Source: Thermoplasmata archaeon
GTDB lineage: Archaea > Thermoplasmatota > Thermoplasmata > Lutacidiplasmatales > UBA184
Direction of reading: 5' to 3'
DNA length: 64,000 nt
NCBI GenBank assembly: GCA_052325545.1
Contig: JBKQUP010000034.1
Span: 33,450-97,449 of the forward strand
Below, one piece after another: positions 29,450 to 39,037 of this stretch (within the stretch, counting starts at the first letter, position 1; every line of letters starts with the position of its first letter). Made by a program: the position numbers and the translations under genes. A model generated the notes under the pieces. That model was not told the origin of the DNA, made no database searches, and saw only the letters and a program-made list of their open reading frames with translations.

Positions 29450-29849
29450 CGGGGGCAGACCACTCGCGCATCGGGGTCCGCTTCACGCCGGCCGCGGTGG
29501 CGAGGGCGTTCTTCGTGCCCGTCTTCGCGGCCTTGCCCGCGGCGACGACCGCGTCCCGGGCCGCGCCCGCGGCGCGGACGGTCCCGGACCCGATCGCGGC
29601 GCCCGCGTCCGAGATGCGCTGGGGGATGCGCCGCATCTCCGCATCCATCGTCTTGCCGAGGTAGGCCAGGTCGTCCTGGATCTCGAGGCCGAGGTACTTG
29701 GCCTCTTTCGCGGTCGCGTTCCCGAACCGCTCGATCTTCCGGTCGAGGTCGGAGAACTCGTGCGCGAAATCGGTGCCCAAGCCGCTGGCCGCACGCCGCA
29801 TTTCGGTGAGATGCTCCCGGAACTGGGCCTGTTGGCGGGGGTCGGACAT
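29415..29849 (-). CDS. Small alpha-helical hypothetical protein (paralog at 43762-43974)
   Basis: Ala-rich amphipathic ORF; both ends shared with the island copy. Confidence 0.8.
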   Translation of the reverse strand: MSDPRQQAQFREHLTEMRRAASGLGTDFAHEFSDLDRKIERFGNATAKEAKYLGLEIQDDLAYLGKTMDAEMRRIPQRISDAGAAIGSGTVRAAGAARDAVVAAGKAAKTGTKNALATAAGVKRTPMREWSAPATEESPPPDQT

Positions 29850-29911
29850 GGTCGTTCGGTCGGTCAGCGTCGGGTCGGAAGATAAAGGTTGACGGGCATC
29901 CGCAACGCCGG

Positions 29912-31474
29912 TCAGCCGCCCATCCGGCGGTCGGACTTACGTCGGCGGGCGCGGGCGGGGGTCTTCGCCGGCGCGGGCGGGGCCACGGGTCCCGTTGTGA
30001 CGAGGTGGCGCTCGGTCTCTTCGCCATGCGCCCAGCGCACGAGAAGCTCGACCCCGAGGTGCGCGGGGTCGGTCACGACCATCTCTCCGCGGAGCGTCCG
30101 GGCGATCGCCCGGGCCGCCGGCTCGTACTCGGGATGCTCGGACTTGAGGAGGAGGACCGTGCTCTTGAGGGAAGTGACGGTCGAGAGCTCCCGGGCCCGC
30201 TCGAGGGCGTGCTCCATCGCGACATCGAGTTGCCCGCTGCGGACGCGACCGTCGTCGTCCGTGTACGCCTCGGGAAGACCGTCCGTGAGGAGGTAGAGCT
30301 CCCGGCGGGTCGCGCGGGAGGCCCGCAGGAGCAGGTGCGCCGCCCGGAGCGCCTCCGCCGTGTTCGTGAAGGCGCCGGCCCGGCACTCCCACAGCTCGAC
30401 CAGGTCGAGGACCTGGACGTCGTTGTCGAACGCGAGCACGTCGATCGTGGCGTCGGGATACCGGCGGCGGATGGCGACGTAGAGCGCGAGCAGGGCCTTC
30501 TTCGCCGCGTCGAGCTTCCCCTCCTCCGACATACTGCCCGACCGGTCGAAGGCGAGGACGACGTGGACCCGCTCGCTCGTGACCTCCCGGAACACGTAGC
30601 TCGTCGATTCCTCGATGTGCTTCGAGCCGGTGAGGCGGGCGGCGAGCAGGGACCCCGGTACGTCTAGGTGGGCGATCTCCTCGGGACGTTGGAGACGCGC
30701 CTTCTCGTAGACGCCGGTCGACCCCCCTCCCCGGAGCGACATCCGCATGTCCCCCGGTAGGCGCTGACTCTCCTCCTCGAGCAGGAGACGGGCGAACCGC
30801 TCGACGAGGCCGTAGGTGACCACCAGCTCTCCCCGGTGCTCGGCGACGAACCCCCGTTCCTTGAGCTCCCGCTCGAGGCGGCGTTCCTCGGCCTCTCGGA
30901 CCTGGGACTCGGCCTGTGCCTCGGCCCGCCCCTGTGCCTCGGCGCGCTCCTCCTCGAGGCGTCGTCGTTGGGCCTCCGCCTGGCGCCGCTTCTCCTCGGC
31001 CTCCTTCTCGATCCCGCGCTCGCGGGACTTCAGGGCACCCGTGACGGTGTTGGCGAGCTCCTGCCGCTCCGGGCCGGAGAGCTGCGCGAGCGCGTTCCCG
31101 AGCTCGGACGGACCGATCGACCGACCGTCGGCCGCGGCGGTGGCGAACGCCATGCGACGGCCCTTCGAGGGGGTGGGACGGGGGGCGCGTCGACGGGAGA
31201 AGAGGCCCTTTAGCCAAGCGAAGAAGCGAGCGATCGCCGCTCGTAGGCGGGCGAAGACCCCCGGCGGCGGAGGAGGGCGGTTCCACGACGCGCTGGGGAG
31301 CAGGAGGGCGCTACGGACGTCATTCAGGAGGTCGGCGGAGGGCAAGCGGGACCAATCGGTCGCGCGCGCCGCGCGCAGTCGCTCCTCGAGCTCGGCGATC
31401 TGCTGGGCCACCTCGGCGTCGGTGCGGTGACGGACCTCGTCGAGGGCGACGACCTGCTGGTCGTACTCCTCCAC
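29912..31474 (-). CDS. vWA domain protein with coiled-coil N-region; coding frame extends upstream of first canonical start
   Basis: MIDAS DRSGS...T...LTDG; frame open back to TGA at 32012-32014. Confidence 0.9.
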   Translation of the reverse strand: MEEYDQQVVALDEVRHRTDAEVAQQIAELEERLRAARATDWSRLPSADLLNDVRSALLLPSASWNRPPPPPGVFARLRAAIARFFAWLKGLFSRRRAPRPTPSKGRRMAFATAAADGRSIGPSELGNALAQLSGPERQELANTVTGALKSRERGIEKEAEEKRRQAEAQRRRLEEERAEAQGRAEAQAESQVREAEERRLERELKERGFVAEHRGELVVTYGLVERFARLLLEEESQRLPGDMRMSLRGGGSTGVYEKARLQRPEEIAHLDVPGSLLAARLTGSKHIEESTSYVFREVTSERVHVVLAFDRSGSMSEEGKLDAAKKALLALYVAIRRRYPDATIDVLAFDNDVQVLDLVELWECRAGAFTNTAEALRAAHLLLRASRATRRELYLLTDGLPEAYTDDDGRVRSGQLDVAMEHALERARELSTVTSLKSTVLLLKSEHPEYEPAARAIARTLRGEMVVTDPAHLGVELLVRWAHGEETERHLVTTGPVAPPAPAKTPARARRRKSDRRMGG

Positions 31475-31706
31475 GACCCGTTCGACCCGCCGACGGCCCT
31501 GGCGGCGGAGATGGTCCCGCAGCCGCTCGAGCCGCTCCCGGAGCGCTCGGTCGTCGCTCGAACGCTCGCGCAGGAGACGGCGCGCGCCCTCGACCCCTTC
31601 CTCCGCGAGCGCCCGGACGAGCGCCGCGGAATCGACCGCGTCGAGCAGGTCGTCCGATACGACGTCGTCCGCGTACTTGGTACAGTCGGGGAGGCGGAAC
31701 GCGTCG

Positions 31707-33242
31707 CTAGAGGGGGGCGTCGTCGCCTTCGTCCTCCTTGCAGGAGAAGAGCGAGAACTCCTCGAGGAGACGGAAGACGCTCGCCGCGGCGTCGGCGGAT
31801 GCGACCGTCGGCCCGGGCCGCTCGCGTTCCTCGACGTATCGGACGAACGTCCGGAACTTGGGGAAGATCTCCGGGTTCGTGGCGAGTTGGGCGCGGAGGC
31901 CCGCGTCGTCCTTGAGCCGCCGACCCTCGCCGACCAGCGCTTCGGCCTCGCCGGAGTTCTCCTTGAGCACTCCCCGGTAGAATCGGCACCAGTAGACGCC
32001 GGCGCTCCGCTTCAGGGACGCGGTGAGGTACTGGTCGACGAACTCCGCCACGCGCTTCTCGTTCTGGCGGAACGAGTCGCCGCTGCGGGCCCGGATGCGA
32101 CCCCGCATGGCATGGAGCAGGCCGGCCTTCAGGTCGGCGCTCGTCGGAGGGACGCGCCCGCCCAGGGTCGCGATGGCGGCCGTCCGGGCGGCGACATCGA
32201 TCAGCGTTCGGTTCGAGCCGACCTCCCCGATATCGGGGTTGTCCTCGCTCGTCTTGAGACGCCACGCCTCGACGACCCGCACCCCGGCATCGATGAGGAC
32301 CTCGGGCACGTACACGATAGGGAGGTCGGTCCGGGCGAGGTTCACAATCTGCCGGTTGTCGGCATGGCGGGCGTTGTATCCGACGTGCAGGCTGGTGAGA
32401 CGGTCGGAAAGTGGGTCGTTGATGTTATCGAGGTCGGAAAGGTTCGAGGTGCTCACCGCGACGAACGAACCGGGGAAGCTCTCCCGGGACTTCGACGGCG
32501 TGACGGTGCCCTCCTGAAGCGCCTGCAGGAGGACGTTCTGCGTGCCGAGCGGCAGCTTCCCGATCTCGTCCACGAGGAGGAAGCCGCGGTTCGCCTGGAG
32601 GAGCTTTCCGGGCTCGAGGACGAGCGGGCTCATCGGGTCGCCGATCTCCTCGAGCTTCCGCAGGTTGATGTTGCCCGTCAGGTGGTCGGGGAACACCTCC
32701 GAGCTCCCCTGGAGCCGGGCGAACCCGAACCCTTCGCGCAGGAGGATGAACTCGGCGGGGACCTTCGCCGGGTCGACCGTGCCCGGGTCGAAGCGGGCCG
32801 GGTCACCCCCGGAGGCGAACCGGCGGGTACAGATCGGGCAGGGCGGGAACCGCGCGACGGCCGCGCGGTCGACGAGTGAGAGCGGATGGTCGAGGACCGG
32901 ACACCCCTCTACGACCCAAACCCCCTTCGGGAAGAGGTTCCAGAGCTCCTTCGCGAGGCTGGTCTTCCCCGCTCCGGAAGGACCGAAGAAGAGGAGGTGC
33001 GCGCCGGAGACGATCGAGGTGACGACGTCCTCGTAGGTCGTCTCGGTGAGCACGGTGCGCGGGAAGAGCGCCGCCAGCGCCTCGGAGCGGTCGAGCCCCT
33101 TCTGGCGAAGCCCGTCGATCGTACGAAGGACCTCGTCGCGGAACCGTTCGGCCGGGCTCTCGACCGGCGCCCCGGCGGCCTTCAGGTCCGCGGCGGTCGC
33201 TCGGGTTCCCGGTGAGACCGAAGTTCGTGGCGTGGCCGCCAT
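31707..33242 (-). CDS. AAA+ ATPase, Mg-chelatase subunit I/MoxR-like
   Basis: GPSGAGKT Walker A, PGKLLQANRGFLLVDE Walker B, QNVLLQALQEG. Confidence 0.92.
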   Translation of the reverse strand: MAATPRTSVSPGTRATAADLKAAGAPVESPAERFRDEVLRTIDGLRQKGLDRSEALAALFPRTVLTETTYEDVVTSIVSGAHLLFFGPSGAGKTSLAKELWNLFPKGVWVVEGCPVLDHPLSLVDRAAVARFPPCPICTRRFASGGDPARFDPGTVDPAKVPAEFILLREGFGFARLQGSSEVFPDHLTGNINLRKLEEIGDPMSPLVLEPGKLLQANRGFLLVDEIGKLPLGTQNVLLQALQEGTVTPSKSRESFPGSFVAVSTSNLSDLDNINDPLSDRLTSLHVGYNARHADNRQIVNLARTDLPIVYVPEVLIDAGVRVVEAWRLKTSEDNPDIGEVGSNRTLIDVAARTAAIATLGGRVPPTSADLKAGLLHAMRGRIRARSGDSFRQNEKRVAEFVDQYLTASLKRSAGVYWCRFYRGVLKENSGEAEALVGEGRRLKDDAGLRAQLATNPEIFPKFRTFVRYVEERERPGPTVASADAAASVFRLLEEFSLFSCKEDEGDDAPL

Positions 33243-33398
33243 GGCGCGCGGAGTCGGGGTCGGGTTAATTAGCTTGCCGAAACGGATGCTCTCCCCGCTC
33301 GGGCCGCGCCCCTCGGCGGTCGCGGGCGCGAGATCGGGCGCGGGTGCGACTGGGCGGCACTTTTAAGTAGCGTTCCCCGGTCCGCGCCCCCGCGAGCG

Positions 33399-34121
33399 AT
33401 GGCCGAGAAGGAGTCCGGAGCGAAGAAGCCCGCCTTGGCCCGTACGGTCAAGGACAAGTGGCGCTCGAAGCACTGGTACAAGGTTCGGGCCCCTGGGCTC
33501 TTCCAACATGTCGAGCTCGGCGAGACGGTCGCGACCGAGCCCGAGCAGGTCGTCGGTCGGACCCTCGAGGCCACGCTGCCCGAGCTGTCGGGGTCGGGAG
33601 ATTCCGGCAAGGCCCACGTGAAGCTGCGCTTCCGTATCGAGCGGATCTCGGGCGAAGGGATCGCCGAGGCGAGGTTCGTCGGTCATGACCTCACGAGCGA
33701 TTACGTCCGGAGGCTCGCCCGCCGCAAGCGCTCGAAGATCGACCTCGCCCTCACGGTGACGACGAAGGACGGCGTCCAGATCATCCTGAAGCCGGTCGCG
33801 GTCGGGGAGCAGCGCCTCCAGACCCGCCTGCGCGCCGAGCTTCGCCACAAGATGGTCCAGATCCTCCTCGAAGAGGCCCAGCTGCGGACCTCTCCCGAGT
33901 TCGTCCGAGAGATGATCCAGGGGGACCTTTCGAAGGTCCTGGCCCACGGGGTGAAGACCCTCTACCCGCTCAAGAAGATCGAGATCCGGCGGTCGGAGGT
34001 CCTCGGAATGATCTCGGAAGAGATCCCGGTACCGGAGCCGACCGCGCTCCCCGAGCCGTCAACGCCACCCGAAGAGGCCACTGCCTCCGTGGTCGACGCG
34101 GGCGCGGGCCCGGCGGCGTAG
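33399..34121 (+). CDS. rps3ae: 30S ribosomal protein S3Ae (eS1)
   Basis: KDKWRSKHWYKVRAP, GHDLTSDYVRRL and LYPLKKIEIRR; TTTTAAG box near 33361. Confidence 0.96.
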   Translation: MAEKESGAKKPALARTVKDKWRSKHWYKVRAPGLFQHVELGETVATEPEQVVGRTLEATLPELSGSGDSGKAHVKLRFRIERISGEGIAEARFVGHDLTSDYVRRLARRKRSKIDLALTVTTKDGVQIILKPVAVGEQRLQTRLRAELRHKMVQILLEEAQLRTSPEFVREMIQGDLSKVLAHGVKTLYPLKKIEIRRSEVLGMISEEIPVPEPTALPEPSTPPEEATASVVDAGAGPAA

Positions 34122-34155
34122 TTCCGAAGGGCGCGAGATGACGCGTCCAATCCCT

Positions 34156-34257
34156 GTCGGAGTGGCTCAGCCCGGTAGAGCACGGGACTCATAGCGGGAC
34201 GCGTGTCGCGTCCCGGGAGATATCCTGGGGCCGGGGGTTCAAATCCCCCCTCCGACA
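34156..34257 (+). tRNA. tRNA-Met(CAT), probably elongator, with a 28-nt intron (34194-34221)
   Basis: GTCGGAG/CTCCGAC acceptor; CGGGA-CTCATA..A-TCCTG; GGGGG-TTCAAAT-CCCCC T-arm; intron hairpin CGGGACGCG-TGT-CGCGTCCCG. Confidence 0.95.
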
Positions 34258-34304
34258 TTTTGCGCCGATCTTTCGCCGAGAATTTGGGTCTCTTCCTTGC
34301 CCCG

Positions 34305-34346
34305 CCGGAAGACTTGAACTCTAGGGGTTCGCATCTTCCCTCCGGA
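34305..34346 (+). repeat. tRNA-Met-derived palindromic site, type B (R1)
   Basis: CCGGAAGACTTGAACTCTAGGGGTTCGCATCTTCCCTCCGGA. Confidence 0.6.
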
Positions 34347-34630
34347 AAGGGGTCCCTCGCGTGCACTGGGAACGGCATGCCACATGCAGAAACGAGGCGA
34401 GCTCATGCCGCCCGTGAGCCCACCGTCGTCACCCTGGGGAATCTTTCCCGTTTCGGACCGCGACGAGGTCTCTATCGGAATCGGGGAGTCTGTCCGCGCT
34501 GGACGGGAGAACCCACCCAGTTGTCCGAGCACGAGATACGGTGCCGTCGCGCCGGGGATTTACCGAGAGTCGGTTAAGCGAATGTAAAAGACTCTTGATT
34601 GCGTGTTCAGAGGATTGCTAAGGGGGTTGT

Positions 34631-35761
34631 ATGGAGCGAAGGCAGGGAGGATACTACGTCCGGCCGCTTGGCGAGCTTTGGGAGATGTGGAAGCCACGAG
34701 TGAAGGCGAACGGATGGCCATTCCCATACGCCAGGTACGAGGACGTGGAGAGAGTAATGGTCAGCCTCAGATCCTACGACAGGGACGAGTGGGCCACGGC
34801 CTTCAGCGCGGTCGCCAAGCCGTACGAGGAGAGGGCCACCGAGGCGGAGAAGAGAGGGGAGGCGAAGTTCGCGAAGGAGAACTACCTTCTTGCCTACCAG
34901 TACTACTACTTGGCCCGGTACCCCACCATCAACTCCGAGGGGAAGAGAGCCGCGTACAGGAAGTCGCAGGAGATGTTCCTGAAAGCCGCGCGCTACTTCG
35001 ACGTGCCCGTCGAGAGAGTGGAGATTCCGTTCAGCGGCAAACCGGGAGAAGGCAGCACCGTAGTCGGATACCTCAGAGTACCCAAGGTCGATTCGGCGCC
35101 CTTCCCTCTAATCTTGAGCTGGGGAGGCATAGACGGCTACAAGGAGGAGCACCTCAACGACTACGCACTGAAGAACGGGATTGCGACTCTCGCGATAGAC
35201 GGTCCGGGCGTGGGAGACTCGCCGCTCAAGGGTTCTGAGGACGCCGAGCGGCTGTTCGGCGCGGTGCTGGACTGGCTTGCGGTGAGAAAGGGGATCGATG
35301 CTCGGAGGCTTGGAGTATGGGGAATGAGCACGGGAGGGTACTGGGCGGTCAAGGTAGCGCACGTCTTCAAAGACCAGATCGCATGTGCGGTTAGCCAAGG
35401 CGGGCCCGTGCACTACGGGTTCCAGCCCGAGTGGTTCCCACAGCAGGAGCGCGGGGAGTATGCCTTCGAGGTGTTCGACACGCTCGCGTTCGCGTTCGGG
35501 AAGTCCTCCCCCGAGGAGTATCTGGAGTTCGCCCCCAGGCTATCGCTCCTCACTCAGGGCATGCTCGATAGGCCATGCGCGCCCCTACTGCTGGTGAACG
35601 GGCTGCACGACACACTGTTCCCAATAAAGGACTACTACCTGTTGCTCGAGCATGGGAGCCCAAAGTGCGCGAGGTTCTATGACGTGGGGCACATGGGCTT
35701 TACCCGCGAGACGTTCGCTATGATCATGGGTTGGATGATAGACCGGCTGAAAGCGAAATAA
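34631..35761 (+). CDS. Alpha/beta hydrolase, FrsA/2,6-dihydroxypseudooxynicotine hydrolase-like
   Basis: GGIDGYKEE, IDGPGVG, GMSTGGY, NGLHD and GHMG motifs. Confidence 0.88.
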   Translation: MERRQGGYYVRPLGELWEMWKPRVKANGWPFPYARYEDVERVMVSLRSYDRDEWATAFSAVAKPYEERATEAEKRGEAKFAKENYLLAYQYYYLARYPTINSEGKRAAYRKSQEMFLKAARYFDVPVERVEIPFSGKPGEGSTVVGYLRVPKVDSAPFPLILSWGGIDGYKEEHLNDYALKNGIATLAIDGPGVGDSPLKGSEDAERLFGAVLDWLAVRKGIDARRLGVWGMSTGGYWAVKVAHVFKDQIACAVSQGGPVHYGFQPEWFPQQERGEYAFEVFDTLAFAFGKSSPEEYLEFAPRLSLLTQGMLDRPCAPLLLVNGLHDTLFPIKDYYLLLEHGSPKCARFYDVGHMGFTRETFAMIMGWMIDRLKAK

Positions 35762-36036
35762 GTAGGGTTCGAGGCGCTGAACCCTCTTGTTACGGCGGCC
35801 GGGGATAACTAAGCTCCCTACGACACGGGAGAATGCGCAACGGCTCCTCGGCGACGGGGCTGGTGCCTTGGCTCTCGGCCCGGAGTGTGAGCTTTTCGGG
35901 ACATTTCCTGAAATAGGGCGGGTTCTGTAATCCAAGGAGTTGGTCCGACTACTTGGACCGATTCCTGCCGCCGGGGTTGTGTAATGGGAAGGGTTCCCCG
36001 TCGGTCCTGACGAGGCGCTGGAACCCCGAAATTGTT

Positions 36037-36077
36037 GATACTTGAACCCTGGGAGGGTTCGAATACCCCCTCCGACA
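36037..36077 (+). repeat. tRNA-Met-derived site, type B (R2), closest copy of the tRNA 3' end
   Basis: 36053-36077 GAGGGTTCGAATACCCCCTCCGACA matches 34233-34257 at 22 of 25 positions; hairpin TTGAACCCT-GGG-AGGGTTCGA. Confidence 0.85.
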
Positions 36078-36126
36078 CTCGGTCCGGACGAAGCCGGCCA
36101 ATTCGGGCCAAGAACAGGATGGAACC

Positions 36127-36534
36127 GTGAGGAAAGTCACCCCAAAATCGACGGCCGACGTGGATTCTTACATCGCTCGATGTCCCGCCAAGGTCCGTGG
36201 CAAGCTCGTCCGGGTCCGCAACGCCATCCGTGCCGCCGCACCGGATGCAACGGAGGTGATCAGCTACCAGATTCCCGGATACGCCTACCCCGGCCACGAG
36301 CACAACGGGATGTTCGCGGGGGTTGGCCTTCAGAGCAACCACATCGGCCTGTACGTCCGACCGCCTACGATCGAGAATCACCGGAGGGAGCTGGCCGGCT
36401 ACAAGACCACCAAGTCGGCGGTCCATCTTCCGCTGGATCGTGAGATTCCGACCCGACTTATTCAGATGCTGGTTCGAGCGAGCGTGCGGGTGATGAAGGA
36501 GAGGGGCCGCAAACGCTCGCCCGGGCTCGCATGA
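36127..36534 (+). CDS. DUF1801 (YdhG-like) protein
   Basis: DVDSYIA, IRAAAPDATEVISYQIP, HIGLY and YKTTKSAV. Confidence 0.88.
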   Translation: MRKVTPKSTADVDSYIARCPAKVRGKLVRVRNAIRAAAPDATEVISYQIPGYAYPGHEHNGMFAGVGLQSNHIGLYVRPPTIENHRRELAGYKTTKSAVHLPLDREIPTRLIQMLVRASVRVMKERGRKRSPGLA

Positions 36535-36646
36535 GAAGCGGCAACGAAGGCGCTTGACGGGGATTGGAGGATCCTAGGAAGGTTCCCCTTCGACGCCTTC
36601 CGCCGAATTACCGCCCAGGAGTGACGACGGGTGGCCCCTCACATCC

Positions 36647-36661
36647 GGGGAATTTGAACCC
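36647..36661 (+). repeat. Partial site: inverted T-arm half (R3)
   Basis: GGGGAATTTGAACCC, reverse complement GGGTTCAAATTCCCC. Confidence 0.55.
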
Positions 36662-36726
36662 GCAGGCACCCCTCGCCGAGAGGATGTTCTAGCGTACCTA
36701 AGAGAAGGGCGGCGGAGAGAACGGAC

Positions 36727-36975
36727 TCACCCCTGGTGGACTTCGTGGATCTCGTCGGCGACGAGACCGTGGGCTTCCTTATGCACGCGAGCCGCGGCCT
36801 CCGGGTTTGGCGCCTCAACTAGGCAGAAGATCGTCTCGGTCTTCTCGTCGACCCAGTAGCTCCGATAATTCACACCGTGCTTGCCCTGTACCTTGAGGTC
36901 CTTCGCGTGGGCTTCAGCGACGCCCTTCGCGGTAACGCCTTTCACGTTGCGGTGCACATCCATGTAGACGGGCAT
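36727..36975 (-). CDS. DUF4242 / SCO4226-like metal-binding protein
   Basis: MPVYMDVH...AEAHAKDL...YWVD...FCLVEAP...VHKEAHG. Confidence 0.9.
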   Translation of the reverse strand: MPVYMDVHRNVKGVTAKGVAEAHAKDLKVQGKHGVNYRSYWVDEKTETIFCLVEAPNPEAAARVHKEAHGLVADEIHEVHQG

Positions 36976-37136
36976 AGCGGCCGCAAACTGCGTTCGAAAG
37001 AAAAACCTTCCGATTTCATGAAGCCGGCTCGTTGTCCGATAAGATGGCGTGAAGTCGCCGACTGGAGCGATTTCTAACGAAGAGGACGTGCGGGGGGACG
37101 CTGCTCCGCGGCCCGAGATCGCCTCGCGGCCGCCCT

Positions 37137-37201
37137 GTGGGGGGTTTGAAGAGTTCAGTAGTTCCCCCTCCGACTCCTCCTCGGGGGGTTCAAATCCTCC
37201 C
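37137..37201 (+). repeat. Type A palindromic site (R4) followed by a second T-arm copy
   Basis: GTGGGGGGTTTGAAGAGTTCAGTAGTTCCCCCTCCGAC, then GGGGGTTCAAATCC (exact 14-bp tRNA match) at 37184-37197. Confidence 0.85.
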
Positions 37202-37354
37202 AAGATCCGCGCTTTCGGCGTCCGACCGCTTCCGATGCCAAACCCACCCCTTACTCATCCCCGTCGTTAGAAATCCGTCCGAACCGTCGGGCCATAGACT
37301 CCCGTCGCACAAAGCGCGGTTTGTGAGGTGCGGTCGCAACCTGTCAAGGAGGCA

Positions 37355-38527
37355 CTACTGCGCGCATTGGTCATCGACGTCGGCGGTCAGAGAGGAACCG
37401 GACCCGGTGGGTGCCCTACTGGTGTTACCAGGCGTCGGCCCCGGTCGGCGGTCAAACCAACGTCGACTCCACAGGGCAACATAGACGAGCGAAAGGAGCA
37501 CCGGGACCTCAACCAGGGGTCCGATGACCGAGGCGAAGGCGACCTGCGAGGCCACCCCGAAGACTACTACCGCCACCGCGATCGCGAGCTCGAAGTCGTT
37601 GCTTGCCGCAGTGAACGCAACGGTCACCGACTTCTCGTACCCGAAGTTGAGCCAGCGGCTGCCCAGGAATGCCAGCGCCCACATACCGAGGAAGTACGCG
37701 AGGAGCGGCGCGACCACTCGAAGGACCGTGAAGGGAAGGGTAGTGATGGAGAGACCTTGGATTGCAAACATCACTACGATCGTGAAGAGAAGCCCCCAAA
37801 GCGTCAGCCGACTCACGGAGGGAGCGAACCGCTCGTCGTACCACGCTCGTCCCTTCCATCGGGCGAGACCAAGCCGGCTGACCAAGGCAGCCGCCAGTGG
37901 AACTCCGAGGAAGACGAGCACGCTGAGCGCCACTGTGGTGGTGTCTACCGAGATTGCTTGCGAGGGCAGGTGGAGCCACGCGGGCAGGTAGACCAGGTAG
38001 AAGACCGCGAGCCCGGCGTAGGCTAGGATTTGGAACACGGCGTTCAGCGCGACCAGCACGGTCGCGTACTCCGCGTCCCCACCCGCGAGTTGGTTCCAGA
38101 CCAGTACCATGGCGATGCACCGGGCCAATCCGACTAGGATGACTCCCGTCCTTAGGAGCGGCGCGTCGGGGAGGAGCGTCCACGCTAGCGCGAACATAAA
38201 CGCTGGGCCCACGACCCAGTTCAGAACAAGCGGGAAGACCGTCGATCGCCACCCTCGGGTGACCTCGCGAATCCGGCCGTACCTCACTCGAGCCAGAATC
38301 GGATACATCATCAGAAGCAGGCCGATGGCGATCGGTACAGAGACCGACTGGATTTGCCAGAGGCCGAGCGCGGTGCCGATTCCCGGCCACAGACGACCCA
38401 AGGCAAGTCCGGCGACCATAGCCGAAATGACCCAGACGGGAAGGTATCGGTCCACGACGTCGAGCTGCTGGCTCGGGCGAGGGGCCGTCGAAAGAGGTCC
38501 TTCCAGTGATTCTGTGGCCACGCTCAC
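37355..38527 (-). CDS. acr3: Arsenite efflux transporter Acr3
   Basis: AIGLLLMMYP, LNWVVGP, GLARCIAMV, SNDFELAIAVA and GPLVEVP motifs. Confidence 0.96.
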   Translation of the reverse strand: MSVATESLEGPLSTAPRPSQQLDVVDRYLPVWVISAMVAGLALGRLWPGIGTALGLWQIQSVSVPIAIGLLLMMYPILARVRYGRIREVTRGWRSTVFPLVLNWVVGPAFMFALAWTLLPDAPLLRTGVILVGLARCIAMVLVWNQLAGGDAEYATVLVALNAVFQILAYAGLAVFYLVYLPAWLHLPSQAISVDTTTVALSVLVFLGVPLAAALVSRLGLARWKGRAWYDERFAPSVSRLTLWGLLFTIVVMFAIQGLSITTLPFTVLRVVAPLLAYFLGMWALAFLGSRWLNFGYEKSVTVAFTAASNDFELAIAVAVVVFGVASQVAFASVIGPLVEVPVLLSLVYVALWSRRWFDRRPGPTPGNTSRAPTGSGSSLTADVDDQCAQ

Positions 38528-38575
38528 CTCAAGCTACGACTTCGAGCGGAGAGGCGTGGGTGACGCGGGAGGCAC

Positions 38576-39037
38576 TCATGCCGATCTCGCGGAGAGGTCC
38601 TCGGCTACCCCTTTCCGGCGGCGGTCCGACACGACGAGCTCGGTCCGGAGGCGCTTCACGTTCCCAGCGATTCGGTCGCGAACCTGTCGGAACCCGTCGT
38701 CGTCCAAGGACACAGGGTCGGGGAGCGACCAGTCCCTGAGTTCCAGGGTCTTGAGCCGGGCCGGACAGGCCGCGTCATCAAGACACCCCATTGTTACCCG
38801 GACCCGGGCGATGTCCATCATCTCAGGGGTTAACAGCTGAGGCGGGTGCGGGGGGAGGTCCAACCCTATCTCGCGGAGCATCGGTCCGGTCCGTGGATTC
38901 GCAGACGTTGCTGGACTCGTTCCAGCTGAGATCGCGGTCCACCCCTCCGGGGAATTGGCGTTGAACATTGCCTCGGCCATCAGCGAACGGCCGGAGTTCC
39001 CGACGCAGATGAACAGAACGACCTTGGATTCCGTCAT
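38576..39037 (-). CDS. arsC: Arsenate reductase, LMW-PTP family
   Basis: CVGNSGRS P-loop, MGC....CP and DWSLPDP; ars operon context. Confidence 0.9.
   Translation of the reverse strand: MTESKVVLFICVGNSGRSLMAEAMFNANSPEGWTAISAGTSPATSANPRTGPMLREIGLDLPPHPPQLLTPEMMDIARVRVTMGCLDDAACPARLKTLELRDWSLPDPVSLDDDGFRQVRDRIAGNVKRLRTELVVSDRRRKGVAEDLSARSA

Noticed and set aside
34156-34257. Initiator tRNA-Met or tRNA-Ile2
   Set aside because: G1-C72 rather than A1-U72, and the acceptor sequence plus canonical intron fit elongator Met better; Ile2 is not strictly excluded
36037-37201. Additional tRNA genes at the T-arm-like sequences
   Set aside because: Only T-arm and 3' acceptor fragments; no D-arm or anticodon arm
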